64,000 bases of DNA from Bacteroidota bacterium (lineage in GTDB: Bacteria; Bacteroidota; Bacteroidia; Chitinophagales; Chitinophagaceae), in assembly GCA_018266455.1 (NCBI GenBank), contig JAFEAJ010000016.1, positions 12,157 through 76,156 of the forward strand, read 5' to 3'. A program made the translations under genes and the position numbers. The notes beneath the pieces were generated by a model that worked only from the letters and a program-made list of their open reading frames with translations, had not been told where the DNA came from and ran no database searches. Shown piece by piece: positions 1-9,057 of the stretch (positions within the stretch are counted from its first letter, which is position 1; each line of letters starts with the position of its first letter).

Positions 1-790
1 ATAATGCATAAGGTAAGGAATGTTTTTCTTTCCATTCGTTTGTCTTCAAATTAAACTGAAAGTTTGAAGAATACAGATCGCTTGGCCTGTCTGCCATTTT
101 CATTCTTCCCCCGATCAGGTAAATGCAATCATCATGCCCATTGGATTGAACAGCCATTACCGCATGTGAAACCGCCTGGCGAAGAGGAGGCAAATTTTTC
201 CATCCTGCGGCAACATCATTTAAGTCCAGATACATAAAATGACTTGAAACCCCGCCGGGCATTTCTCCCCCTGCAAGGTAAATTTTATTGTCATGAGCTA
301 CTGCAGAAGCATTGGTAACAGCAAAAAGAAGGTCTGGCAGATTGCTGATGCTGATGTTTTGTGCGCCTTCATCCCACCGGGCCAGCAGCACCTTATTGCT
401 GATGCCGCTTTCATTTTCGCCTCCCGCAATAACAATGCCCATGCTGGTGGAAACATTGGCGGAATAAGCCAACGAAAAAGGAAGTTTGAAGGACTTAAAA
501 AGCATCAAGGAGCCTTTATCATCTTTTTTGAAAACATACAGGTCATCATAGTATTTTTTCTTGCCCCCAAGCCAGGGCAACCTGTCAGGGAAATTAGAAC
601 CGCCGCCAACGATGAGCACCTCATTGTGCATGCCTGCAACAGGGCCTGCCAACCCCAATGCTTTCCCGTTCGTTAAAGGCAATAGCCCGGCTTTATCCCA
701 TTCAATGGATTTCACATAATTTTTTTGTGCCGACAAATCAGCGGTTAAAAAAAAGAAAAACAGCAATGCGCCAATCGCTGTGCGATACAT
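1..790 (-). CDS. Kelch-repeat protein, N-acetylneuraminate epimerase/mutarotase (NanM-like); 3' end runs off the window
   Basis: Not in the ORF track. Manual translation from the ATG at 790 gives MYRTAIGALLFFFFLTADLSAQKNYVKSIEW..GLAGPVAG..LIVGGGSNFPDRLPWLGGKKKYYDD..IVIAGGENESG..IYLAGGE..IYLIGGR: a signal peptide and repeated kelch GG motifs, with no stop found in the stretches translated. It lies directly downstream of nanA. Confidence 0.8.
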   Translation of the reverse strand, partial: MYRTAIGALLFFFFLTADLSAQKNYVKSIEWDKAGLLPLTNGKALGLAGPVAGMHNEVLIVGGGSNFPDRLPWLGGKKKYYDDLYVFKKDDKGSLMLFKSFKLPFSLAYSANVSTSMGIVIAGGENESGISNKVLLARWDEGAQNISISNLPDLLFAVTNASAVAHDNKIYLAGGEMPGGVSSHFMYLDLNDVAAGWKNLPPLRQAVSHAVMAVQSNGHDDCIYLIGGRMKMADRPSDLYSSNFQFNLKTNEWKEKHSLPYAL

Positions 791-793
791 GAT

Positions 794-1735
794 TTATACT
801 TTTGCTGCAGAAGCCTTACGAGAGCAAAAGCTGCTGAAACCTATTTGCTCCGTATCTTTTTTAAACTCTTCAAATTGTGCCGGGGGCATGTTGCTCACCG
901 GCAGGCGGAATTCCCCGCAATCGATGCCAATCAATTTCATGTATGCCTTGCCTGTCGCAATGCCACCGTATTTCCCAAGCAAACGGATCATATCAATAGA
1001 TTGCTGTTGTTTTTTTCCTGCTGTTTCAAAATCCCCTTTTTCAAATGCACTGATCATATCGTTGTATAACGGCGCTGCATAGTTGAAGGTGCTGCCAACG
1101 CCTCCCTTTGTGCCGAGGATTAATGCGCTCAACAGGTTTTCATCTCTTCCCCACAACATATCGTATTTGCCGTTTTTGAAATTCATGCAGGACAAGAAAT
1201 CCATAAAATCTTCGTGTGTATATTTTACTCCTGCAAAATTCGGGATATGCCCGTCAACGGCATTAAGCAACTCAAACATCGGGATGTTCGTTCCGTTTAA
1301 AACCGGGATATGATAATAATAAAACGGCATATCGGGCACCGCGTCAGCAATGGCCTTGCAACATTGTGCAAGCATTTTTGCCGAAGCGGGTTTAAAATAA
1401 AACGGGGCGGTGAACGCAATGGCATACAATCCAAATGAGCGGGCATGTTTTGCCAGTTCAATACAATCAGTAATGCTTGTGCCGCCGGTGAGCGTAATTA
1501 CTTTAAAATCTTTATCACCTGCTGTTGCTTTCGCCCAGGCTTCTGCAGTTTGCATTTTTTCCTTAACGCTCATAGATACGCCTTCGCCGGTAGAGCCGCA
1601 AATAAACCCGCCCTTCACATTATTTGCTTTTAGCATTGAATAATACTTCGGGATAATGGAAAGATTCAACGTTCCATCGGGTTGCATGGGCGTAAAGGGG
1701 GCTGCGATTAGTCCATGTAGGTGTTCCATTGTCAT
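794..1735 (-). CDS. nanA: N-acetylneuraminate lyase (DHDPS family class I aldolase)
   Basis: GSTGEG motif, YYYHIP, and Schiff-base Lys in GVKYT; sialidase context. The ORF track starts at 1771; the ATG at 1735 or 1729 is the more likely start. Confidence 0.88.
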   Translation of the reverse strand: MTMEHLHGLIAAPFTPMQPDGTLNLSIIPKYYSMLKANNVKGGFICGSTGEGVSMSVKEKMQTAEAWAKATAGDKDFKVITLTGGTSITDCIELAKHARSFGLYAIAFTAPFYFKPASAKMLAQCCKAIADAVPDMPFYYYHIPVLNGTNIPMFELLNAVDGHIPNFAGVKYTHEDFMDFLSCMNFKNGKYDMLWGRDENLLSALILGTKGGVGSTFNYAAPLYNDMISAFEKGDFETAGKKQQQSIDMIRLLGKYGGIATGKAYMKLIGIDCGEFRLPVSNMPPAQFEEFKKDTEQIGFSSFCSRKASAAKV

Positions 1736-1767
1736 AAATATATTTTGTTCAAATAATAATTTTAAAA

Positions 1768-2985
1768 TCACTCACCAGGTACCTGGTTATATTGGAAAGA
1801 GATAAATGTTATCGCTCCGTAATTGTTCGACTCATACAGCACGCCAATATGTCCCAAAGGCAATATCACCAAATCCGAATAAGCCGCAGGCCCCCCGTTA
1901 AGAATTACAGGGCTTGTCCATGTCTTCCCCCAATCAAAACTTTGTCTTACACCTAACTGGTTTCTCGACAAATCCGGGCTAACCGGATTGGAAAAAAGAA
2001 GAACCTGTTTTCCTGCCGTCGTGGTATAATTGATCATACTTCCCTCGCATACCGGATCGGGAAGATACGTGTTAAAGCCCGTTTGCCATTTGGTAGTGCC
2101 ATCAAGATTTCCTGAAACATCATAAGAAAGTATTCTCTCATGACTGCCGAGGTACTGATCTCTTGAATTGAGCAGCACACCGCCATTTTGTAATTCAGTA
2201 GCCGTAGTTTCATCTGACTGAAACGGAACATCTGGCGAAAGAAGAAAGCTTACACCATGATCATCGGAATAAAAAGCGGCTGCATAATTTGTTTTGCTGG
2301 AATAAATGCCATGATTAATGGGCACAACCATTCTTCCCGTATGCGCACCTTGTGTGAGTTGCAGCGCATGGCCGGGGCCCGTTGCATAGGCTGTCCATTT
2401 CAAAGTATCAGTATAAGCAGGGTTAAACGTGGGCTGATATGGATGATGGACCTGTAAAGTAATATTTGTTGGCGCAGACCATGTGGCCCCGTTATCCGTG
2501 CTTGTGGTGTACCAAACTTCTCTTACTCCAACAAGGTTAGTAACGTTTGCCTGTGTATTGTTTCCCGTGCAATAAAACAAAAATATTCTTCCCTGCGGAT
2601 AATTAGGGTCTGTATTATCAACTACCGGCGAAGGGTTCCCTGCCTGCAAATTGCTGTTCTGGGCAACCAATTCCGAAGCGCTCCATGTTTTGCCATTATC
2701 CATGCTTTTCTTCACCAATATTTTTATATCGCCGAAATCGGCAGAATTGTTTACCCGGCCTTCAGTAAAAGCAAGCAGCCCGCCATCGTTCGTTTTAATG
2801 ATTGCAGGAATCCTGAAAGTATTGTATCCTTCCTGCCCGCTAATATACACCTGGGAAGAAAAAGAAAGCGTGTCTTTTGGCGATACATTATTATTTGATG
2901 CCGGAAGGCCTTTTTTCGCACAGGAAAAGAAGATTACCTGAATAAGCGCAATCATTAATATGGCAACAGATTTTTTCCTTCTCAT
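1768..2985 (-). CDS. Exo-alpha-sialidase (GH33), lipoprotein
   Basis: FRIP motif; four Asp-boxes (SMDNGKTW, STDNGATW, SDDHGVSF, SFDWGKTW); NSR, AYSDL and LYES catalytic-type motifs; lipobox FFSC. Confidence 0.9.
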   Translation of the reverse strand: MRRKKSVAILMIALIQVIFFSCAKKGLPASNNNVSPKDTLSFSSQVYISGQEGYNTFRIPAIIKTNDGGLLAFTEGRVNNSADFGDIKILVKKSMDNGKTWSASELVAQNSNLQAGNPSPVVDNTDPNYPQGRIFLFYCTGNNTQANVTNLVGVREVWYTTSTDNGATWSAPTNITLQVHHPYQPTFNPAYTDTLKWTAYATGPGHALQLTQGAHTGRMVVPINHGIYSSKTNYAAAFYSDDHGVSFLLSPDVPFQSDETTATELQNGGVLLNSRDQYLGSHERILSYDVSGNLDGTTKWQTGFNTYLPDPVCEGSMINYTTTAGKQVLLFSNPVSPDLSRNQLGVRQSFDWGKTWTSPVILNGGPAAYSDLVILPLGHIGVLYESNNYGAITFISFQYNQVPGE

Positions 2986-3045
2986 AAATTACGCCATCGC
3001 TATTATTTATTGTCAGGATAATGTTTTGCTGAAAAAAAATTGTTG

Positions 3046-3081
3046 AAAAAAGCCGGGGGCGCTGCTTTTTACCCACCGGCT
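3046..3081 (-). terminator. Intrinsic terminator-like hairpin between susD and the sialidase gene
   Basis: Minus strand reads AGCCGGTGGG-loop-CCCCCGGCT followed by a T run. Confidence 0.6.
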
Positions 3082-3139
3082 GAAACCACTGCTTATGAAG
3101 AAAATTTTGACTACGGGATTCGTTTCAAAAATTCATTCT

Positions 3140-4744
3140 TTAGTGCGAAGCATATCCGGGATTTTGCGTTAGTTGTGTGTTATTCGTCAAAGCAGTCTGG
3201 TCTATCGGCCACAATAATTGATACGCTTGCGTAGCGGTGGTATGTTCAAACACATAACTACCTGCAGGGTCCATCCTTACCAAATCGTACCAACGCTTTC
3301 CTTCAAATATAAATTCATAAAAGCGCTCTTGCAGCAATGCTTCAACCGGGTTGGCGTCAATGGGCTGGTTGGGGAAGCCCATTGTGGCGGCATTATAATT
3401 TGCGCCATACGCCCTTGCTCTTACCATATTTATTTCATTTGAAGGGTCGGTGCCTAAAATAATTTCAGCTTCTGCTTTAAGCAATAGCAAGTCGGCATAC
3501 CTGTATATCGGAAAATCATTGTCGATTGCCCGGTTACCGGTTACAAATTCTCCCTGGTATTTATCGGCAAAACAGCCGGCAATGGTATAGTTGCCTCCCG
3601 AAAAAGTATATGCAGGCTGAATCGAAGCAAGCGCTCGCGTGTCTAAAGGATTGAATTGCCTGAAGGCGGCTATTTTTACCGGGGCACGAAGTAGCCCGCC
3701 CCAGTTGCCCGTGGTGTTGCCATTGAACTGAACATTATTTACCGAATCATAAAAATTAGAGATCAGCCCTGTTTGAGGAACAAAACTGTTGGTAACAAAA
3801 CTCATTGTGGCTTCATTGACCGAAGCGCTATATAAATAGTGAGAGGCGAAAATAATTTCTGCATTTCCTTTATTAGCAGAAGAGAAAACGCTCGCATAAG
3901 GGCTCAGCAACCCGCTGCCGGTAACAGGGCCTGTAACAGATGCATTGGTTGTGATCAATTTCAATGCGGGCACATTGGTTTGAATATCATTCAGCGCATT
4001 TAATGCAGTAGTAGCATCTGCTGCTCCTCCTCCCCGGTAACTTGTCCATAAATAAACATTGGCTTTTAACATTTCAGTGGCAGCCTTCGACCAATATGCT
4101 TTGCCAAATCCGGTGAAGAAAGAATAGTTGGCCCCGAAATTATTTAATGAGCTGTCTATGTCTGTTTTAATAAGAGCAGTTACCTGGGCTGCTGAAGAGG
4201 CCGGTTTAGCCAATGTTGCAATGTTGAATGACAAAACAGGGTCGGTTTGTATGACTACCGCGCCCCATGAGCGCAATAGATGAAAATAGTAAAACGCCCT
4301 CATGCCATAAGCAATGCCTAAATAATACTGGCGGTTAGCTGCAGGCACTACGGTGGTAGTTTGCAGCTTGCTGATCAGTAAATTGATCTGGTTGATGTTA
4401 TAATAAAACCCTCCAAAATTAGTAACTGGCGTAGCAGTAAGAGTAAGGTTATTTTGCCAGGTGCGCTCAAGGCCTTGTGTAGCTTCCCCGGTAAATGCGC
4501 TCAGGTTAGGAAGATCGGTGCCGAATATGTCTGCCCGCATCTCGCCAAGCGTTTGCATGTTGGCATTGTCCTGCCGGAATTGCGCATGAACGCCGGTAAC
4601 AAAAGCATCAAACTGGTTAGATGTTTTCCAATAGCTGGCATTGCTGATGCTGCTGATGGGGTTTAAATTCAATTGCTTTTGGCAGGAACTGAAAGCCGCA
4701 ATGAGCGCTATGCCTGCTAAAGAAAAATTTATATATTTTTTCAT
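3140..4744 (-). CDS. SusD/RagB family nutrient-binding outer-membrane lipoprotein
   Basis: Lipobox FSSC; IYRYADLLLLKAEA and ERFYEFIFEGKRWYDLVR motifs; directly downstream of SusC. Start taken at MKKYINF. Confidence 0.93.
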   Translation of the reverse strand: MKKYINFSLAGIALIAAFSSCQKQLNLNPISSISNASYWKTSNQFDAFVTGVHAQFRQDNANMQTLGEMRADIFGTDLPNLSAFTGEATQGLERTWQNNLTLTATPVTNFGGFYYNINQINLLISKLQTTTVVPAANRQYYLGIAYGMRAFYYFHLLRSWGAVVIQTDPVLSFNIATLAKPASSAAQVTALIKTDIDSSLNNFGANYSFFTGFGKAYWSKAATEMLKANVYLWTSYRGGGAADATTALNALNDIQTNVPALKLITTNASVTGPVTGSGLLSPYASVFSSANKGNAEIIFASHYLYSASVNEATMSFVTNSFVPQTGLISNFYDSVNNVQFNGNTTGNWGGLLRAPVKIAAFRQFNPLDTRALASIQPAYTFSGGNYTIAGCFADKYQGEFVTGNRAIDNDFPIYRYADLLLLKAEAEIILGTDPSNEINMVRARAYGANYNAATMGFPNQPIDANPVEALLQERFYEFIFEGKRWYDLVRMDPAGSYVFEHTTATQAYQLLWPIDQTALTNNTQLTQNPGYASH

Positions 4745-4763
4745 TGTTTGCATTTTTATCTTT

Positions 4764-7700
4764 TTAAAGTGAAACCTGAACGCCTATTACATAAGTACGT
4801 GGAGTTGGGTAAGTGCCGGAATATACGCCCGTGATTTGCCCCGCAACATTAACGGGAGGCTCGGGGGAATAACCGGAAAATTTAGTTACGTAAAATATAT
4901 TATTCAGGCTGGCATAAACCCTTGCTGATGTAAAAGCCCTTGTCTTTGACAAAATGGTTTTAGGTATCATGTATGACAGTGTCATTTCCCTGCAGGCCAA
5001 GTAATTTCCTTTTTCATAAAACCTGGAATTGTTGCCATTCAGGTTCGCTGAAGCATTGTTTACCCTGGTGTAGTTGTCTTTGTACAACTGATCGGCATAA
5101 TATACTTTAGGAATAGAGGTATTGGTGTTGGTAGGCGACCATGCCTGTTTCTGAAGTTCCATAAAATTAAATGTTCCCTGGTATTGCCCAAGCGTGCGGG
5201 CCACAAGATCATTGTAAATGGTGTGGCCAAGCGCATAATCAAAGCGCACATACAACGAAACTCCTTTGTAGCCAACAGTAGTACCAAAACCTCCTGTATA
5301 TTTTGGGTAGATATTTCCAATATATACCTGGTCCCTGGTATCAATCGTGTCGTTGCCTTTCACATCAAGCCAGTTCACATCACCTGCGGTTATATGGCCA
5401 CGGGTTCCCGGGGCCAGGTTCGGCCCTGTAATATTTGCAACCAGGTCTACCCTGTTCCCTGCTGTTTTCTGAACATCCCCGTCATCTTTAAAAATGGAAA
5501 CTTGCTTGAAGGCATAAATATTCCCCAGGGGCTGTCCTTGCTGAAGGCCGCCTACCCATACCAACTGACCTGTGTTAGGGTCCCAAACCTGTATGCCCCC
5601 CTGCCTGTTATTGGCATTGCCGTTGAATGGCAGTTTCAGCACTTTATTGGTGTTGTATGAAATGTTTGCATTTACGTCCCATGTAAAGCTGTTGGGCAAC
5701 CGGATAATGTTTGCATTTATTGAAATCTCATACCCTTTGTTTTGTAATGTGGAAAGGTTGGTTGTTACAGATGAGAAGCCTACATAACTGGGCAGCGTAA
5801 GGTTAGTAAGCAAATTGGTAGTCTTGCGGTTATAGATGTCTGCAATAATGGTGACCCGGTTGTTCAGCAAACCAATATCAGCGCCATAATCAATCGTAGC
5901 GCTTTGCTCCCATTTTAATCCACTGTTCACGGGAGATGTGTTGAGGTAACCACCAACGCCATTGTAATTGGTTTGTGCTCCGAACACACCCTGTACCTGG
6001 TAATAAGAAATTGTGCTGAGCGATGCGTTGCCATTAACCCCATAGCTGATGCGGGGCTTTAAGGTGGAGATGTATTTGCTTATATTGCTGTTTGCAAAAA
6101 ATTTCTCATTGTGCACATTCCATCCCGCCGACATGCCGGGAAAGAAGCCCCAGCGATTGGCAGCGGTAAGGTTAGATACGCCGTCTTCGCGGCCTACCAG
6201 AGTCAGCAGGTAGCGTGAATCGTAATCATAGGTTAAACGGCCAAAGGCAGAAACAATAGCGTATTGATATTGCGTAGTATAATTGTTGCCTGCTGCAAAA
6301 GTAGTGGAAGCATTGGCGGTTGAGATAAAGTCGGTAGGCGCACCGGTGCCATAAACCTGCATGTATGTGTTTTTCTGGCCGAAATATTCCGATCCTGCCA
6401 TGATGCTGAGGTGGTGCTTCTCGTTAATTGTTTTGGTGTAGTTGATGATGCCATTGAATTGCGTTTGGAACAAGCTTGCATTGTACATGATGGATGGCCT
6501 CGTAGTGCTGTAAGTGCCTGATACCAACTGCTGGTAAGATTGTGTGGCATCTGTAAAAGACTGTTGTACATTCTGGTTATAATACGCCATTCCGGTAAGC
6601 TTAACATATAGCCCGGGGATGATATCGTATTTTAAAGAGGTATTTGCCGTGATCTGGTTTACAATATTCTTGCGGTTAATCTTGCTTAGGTTGTATAGGG
6701 GATTTCCATCAGAATTGCCATTGCCCGGGTTTGGCTGGGTGTGTGCCGCATCAAGCCATGGGTTGAATGTTGGCCATATTGCCAAGGTACGGTAAATGGC
6801 ATTGGTTTCATTTCCGGAATTTTGATCTCCGGCACTGCCAATAGTGTTTGACGTGCTGGGTATCCCTAATTGATTAGAAGTAGAGAATGTTGCCCCTGAA
6901 CTAATTTCCAGGTTCGGGTTGATTTTATACGATCCGTTGATATTTCCTGTAAAACGCTGGTAGCCAGAGCCTACAATAATTCCGTTTTGATTAAAATAGT
7001 CAAAACTGCTATAGAACTTGCCTTTGTCATTCCCTGCTGTAACATCCACAAAGTGCTCCTGTGTGTGGGTGTTTTGAAAAAGCGCATCCGCTACCTGCCC
7101 GCTATGGTCTTTAAAAGTGATGATCCCGCTGTAATATCCGGGCGTGCCCTGAATTCCCTGAGGGCCATACGGATCGGTTACAGTATCCCATCCCGGTGCT
7201 ATAGCACCCGTATATGCCAGGATATCAAATGAAGCCAGGTTGCCGGGATCTGTCAGCAGCCCATAGCCCCTACGGGTATTCACTGCCGTAAAGGAAACGC
7301 CTGCATTCAGGTTACCAAGCCTGTTGTAATAAATAAAATCGTGGGCGTTCATATATTGATACCCCTTGCGCTGGTTATTAAAGCCTTGTGTAAATTTGTA
7401 AGATACCTGAGCTTTCCCCGATTTGCCTTGCTTGGTTGTTACGAGGATAACTCCATTGTTTGCACGGGCACCGTAAATAGCTGTGGAAGCGGCATCCCTT
7501 AGCAGGTCAATAGAAGCGATGTCGCCTGCCGGGATATCGCTTAAAGAAGGCCTTACGATCCCGTCAACCACAACCAAGGGTGGCGCCGGTGCATTAATGG
7601 AAGCGCCTCCACGCAAAAAGATTGCCGGAGTTGCTCCGGGCGTGCCGCTGGAGCTTACAACTTTAACTCCGGCGATAGCTCCCTGCAGGCTGCTTGCCAC

Positions 7701-8114
7701 ATTTGCAATTGGGGCTGTTTGAAGAACCGCGTTATCTAATTTGCCAATTGAGCTGGTAACGCTTTTCCTGATCTGGGTGCCATAGCCTATGACCACCACT
7801 TCTTCCATTTTAGCAGCTACTGCTTTTAAAGAAATATCAATAGCAGTTTGCTGGCCTACACGTATTTCCTCGGGAGTGTAACCGACAAATGAAAATAACA
7901 AGACATCTCCGGTATTAGCATCAATGGAATAGCTTCCGTCAGCAAGACTTTGTGTTCCTGACGTTTTGCCTTTAACTGTGATGCTTACATTTTGGAGGGT
8001 TTTGCCATCGTCGTTGCTAATGTGGCCGGTAATTTTTTTTGACTGTGCCCAGGCCGTTGTGCTGCAAAAGAATGCAAGCACCAGGAGGAGCAGAGAAGCA
8101 AAGAATGATTTCAT
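4764..8114 (-). CDS. SusC/RagA TonB-dependent outer-membrane transporter
   Basis: 1116 aa; EEVVVIGYG; plug motif DAASTAIYGARANNGVILVTTK; KWEQS; C-terminal YPTPRTYVIGVQVSL. Confidence 0.95.
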   Translation of the reverse strand: MKSFFASLLLLVLAFFCSTTAWAQSKKITGHISNDDGKTLQNVSITVKGKTSGTQSLADGSYSIDANTGDVLLFSFVGYTPEEIRVGQQTAIDISLKAVAAKMEEVVVIGYGTQIRKSVTSSIGKLDNAVLQTAPIANVASSLQGAIAGVKVVSSSGTPGATPAIFLRGGASINAPAPPLVVVDGIVRPSLSDIPAGDIASIDLLRDAASTAIYGARANNGVILVTTKQGKSGKAQVSYKFTQGFNNQRKGYQYMNAHDFIYYNRLGNLNAGVSFTAVNTRRGYGLLTDPGNLASFDILAYTGAIAPGWDTVTDPYGPQGIQGTPGYYSGIITFKDHSGQVADALFQNTHTQEHFVDVTAGNDKGKFYSSFDYFNQNGIIVGSGYQRFTGNINGSYKINPNLEISSGATFSTSNQLGIPSTSNTIGSAGDQNSGNETNAIYRTLAIWPTFNPWLDAAHTQPNPGNGNSDGNPLYNLSKINRKNIVNQITANTSLKYDIIPGLYVKLTGMAYYNQNVQQSFTDATQSYQQLVSGTYSTTRPSIMYNASLFQTQFNGIINYTKTINEKHHLSIMAGSEYFGQKNTYMQVYGTGAPTDFISTANASTTFAAGNNYTTQYQYAIVSAFGRLTYDYDSRYLLTLVGREDGVSNLTAANRWGFFPGMSAGWNVHNEKFFANSNISKYISTLKPRISYGVNGNASLSTISYYQVQGVFGAQTNYNGVGGYLNTSPVNSGLKWEQSATIDYGADIGLLNNRVTIIADIYNRKTTNLLTNLTLPSYVGFSSVTTNLSTLQNKGYEISINANIIRLPNSFTWDVNANISYNTNKVLKLPFNGNANNRQGGIQVWDPNTGQLVWVGGLQQGQPLGNIYAFKQVSIFKDDGDVQKTAGNRVDLVANITGPNLAPGTRGHITAGDVNWLDVKGNDTIDTRDQVYIGNIYPKYTGGFGTTVGYKGVSLYVRFDYALGHTIYNDLVARTLGQYQGTFNFMELQKQAWSPTNTNTSIPKVYYADQLYKDNYTRVNNASANLNGNNSRFYEKGNYLACREMTLSYMIPKTILSKTRAFTSARVYASLNNIFYVTKFSGYSPEPPVNVAGQITGVYSGTYPTPRTYVIGVQVSL

Positions 8115-8137
8115 GACAGCAGTTTAGTTTATGTATT

Positions 8138-8148
8138 ATGTATGACAT
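8138..8148. promoter_or_regulatory. Candidate FadR/GntR operator ATGTATGACAT (related copy ATACATGACAT at 8217-8227)
   Basis: Near-palindromic GT-N3-AC core typical of FadR-subfamily sites, in the divergent susC/regulator intergenic region. Confidence 0.4.
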
Positions 8149-8269
8149 AATAAAGGTAATGGTTTTAACATTCCATTTCCAAATTTTTTTTAAAAAAATT
8201 AATCTATTGATAATCAATACATGACATTTTTTTATTATTAAATTACTATATTAGCGTCTTTCAATTTAG

Positions 8270-8995
8270 TTGAACATGGTTATAGATAGCGCTGCAATCA
8301 AAGACAGATTTTCACCTATTGATACCCGTTCGCTGGTGGATAAAGTGGAGGCTAACCTCGTTGGGCTTCTTCAGCAAAAAAAGTTGAAGATTGGGGATAG
8401 CATTCCCAAAGAGATTGAACTGGCGGAAAACCTTGGGGTAAGCCGTACCGTTGTCAGGGAAGCTTTGCTCAGGTTGCGAATGATGGGCCTCATTGAGTCA
8501 AAAAAGAAAAAAGGTGCAGTGCTGACAAGCCCCGACTTGTTTGGGATAATCAATAAAAGCATGAACCCCCATATCCTTGACCAGGATACTTTGAAAGAAA
8601 TGTTTGAGATCCGGCTGGTGCTTGAAATAGGAATGGCTGACCTGATTTTTAACCGCATCGTACCAAATGACATTGAAGAGCTTTACCGCATCGTAAGCGA
8701 TGAGCCCCCGGCTGCTCAATACCATTTGTTCAATATCGATCACGAAATCAGTTTCCATGGAAAATTATATGAGATCACTGGCAATGAAACCATGAAAAAA
8801 TTCCAGAAAATGCTGTTGCCGATATTTGATTATGTACATAACAGCGGCTTGCTGAAAAAACAACCGGCCCTGAAAACATTCGTTTCGCATAAAGAGCTCG
8901 TTGATATTCTTCAGCACGGCAATCCCGAAAAATTCAGGAACGGCATGCGCAGCCACCTGGAAAATCACTTTGCCAGGATATTTGACAGAGATTAG
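8270..8995 (+). CDS. FadR/GntR family transcriptional regulator, probable regulator of the sialic acid locus
   Basis: wHTH IPKEIELAENLGVSRTVVREAL plus FCD domain (EIRLVLE, FHGKLY); divergent from susC. Confidence 0.9.
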   Translation: MNMVIDSAAIKDRFSPIDTRSLVDKVEANLVGLLQQKKLKIGDSIPKEIELAENLGVSRTVVREALLRLRMMGLIESKKKKGAVLTSPDLFGIINKSMNPHILDQDTLKEMFEIRLVLEIGMADLIFNRIVPNDIEELYRIVSDEPPAAQYHLFNIDHEISFHGKLYEITGNETMKKFQKMLLPIFDYVHNSGLLKKQPALKTFVSHKELVDILQHGNPEKFRNGMRSHLENHFARIFDRD

Positions 8996-9057
8996 AACAC
9001 GCAATGCCCAAGATGCTTGATCAAATAGCCTTTCTTGCTAATGCTCTTTTTAAAAAA

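Noticed and set aside
293-676. 127-aa plus-strand ORF
   Set aside because: Antisense shadow of the kelch/NanM gene on the minus strand (1-790)
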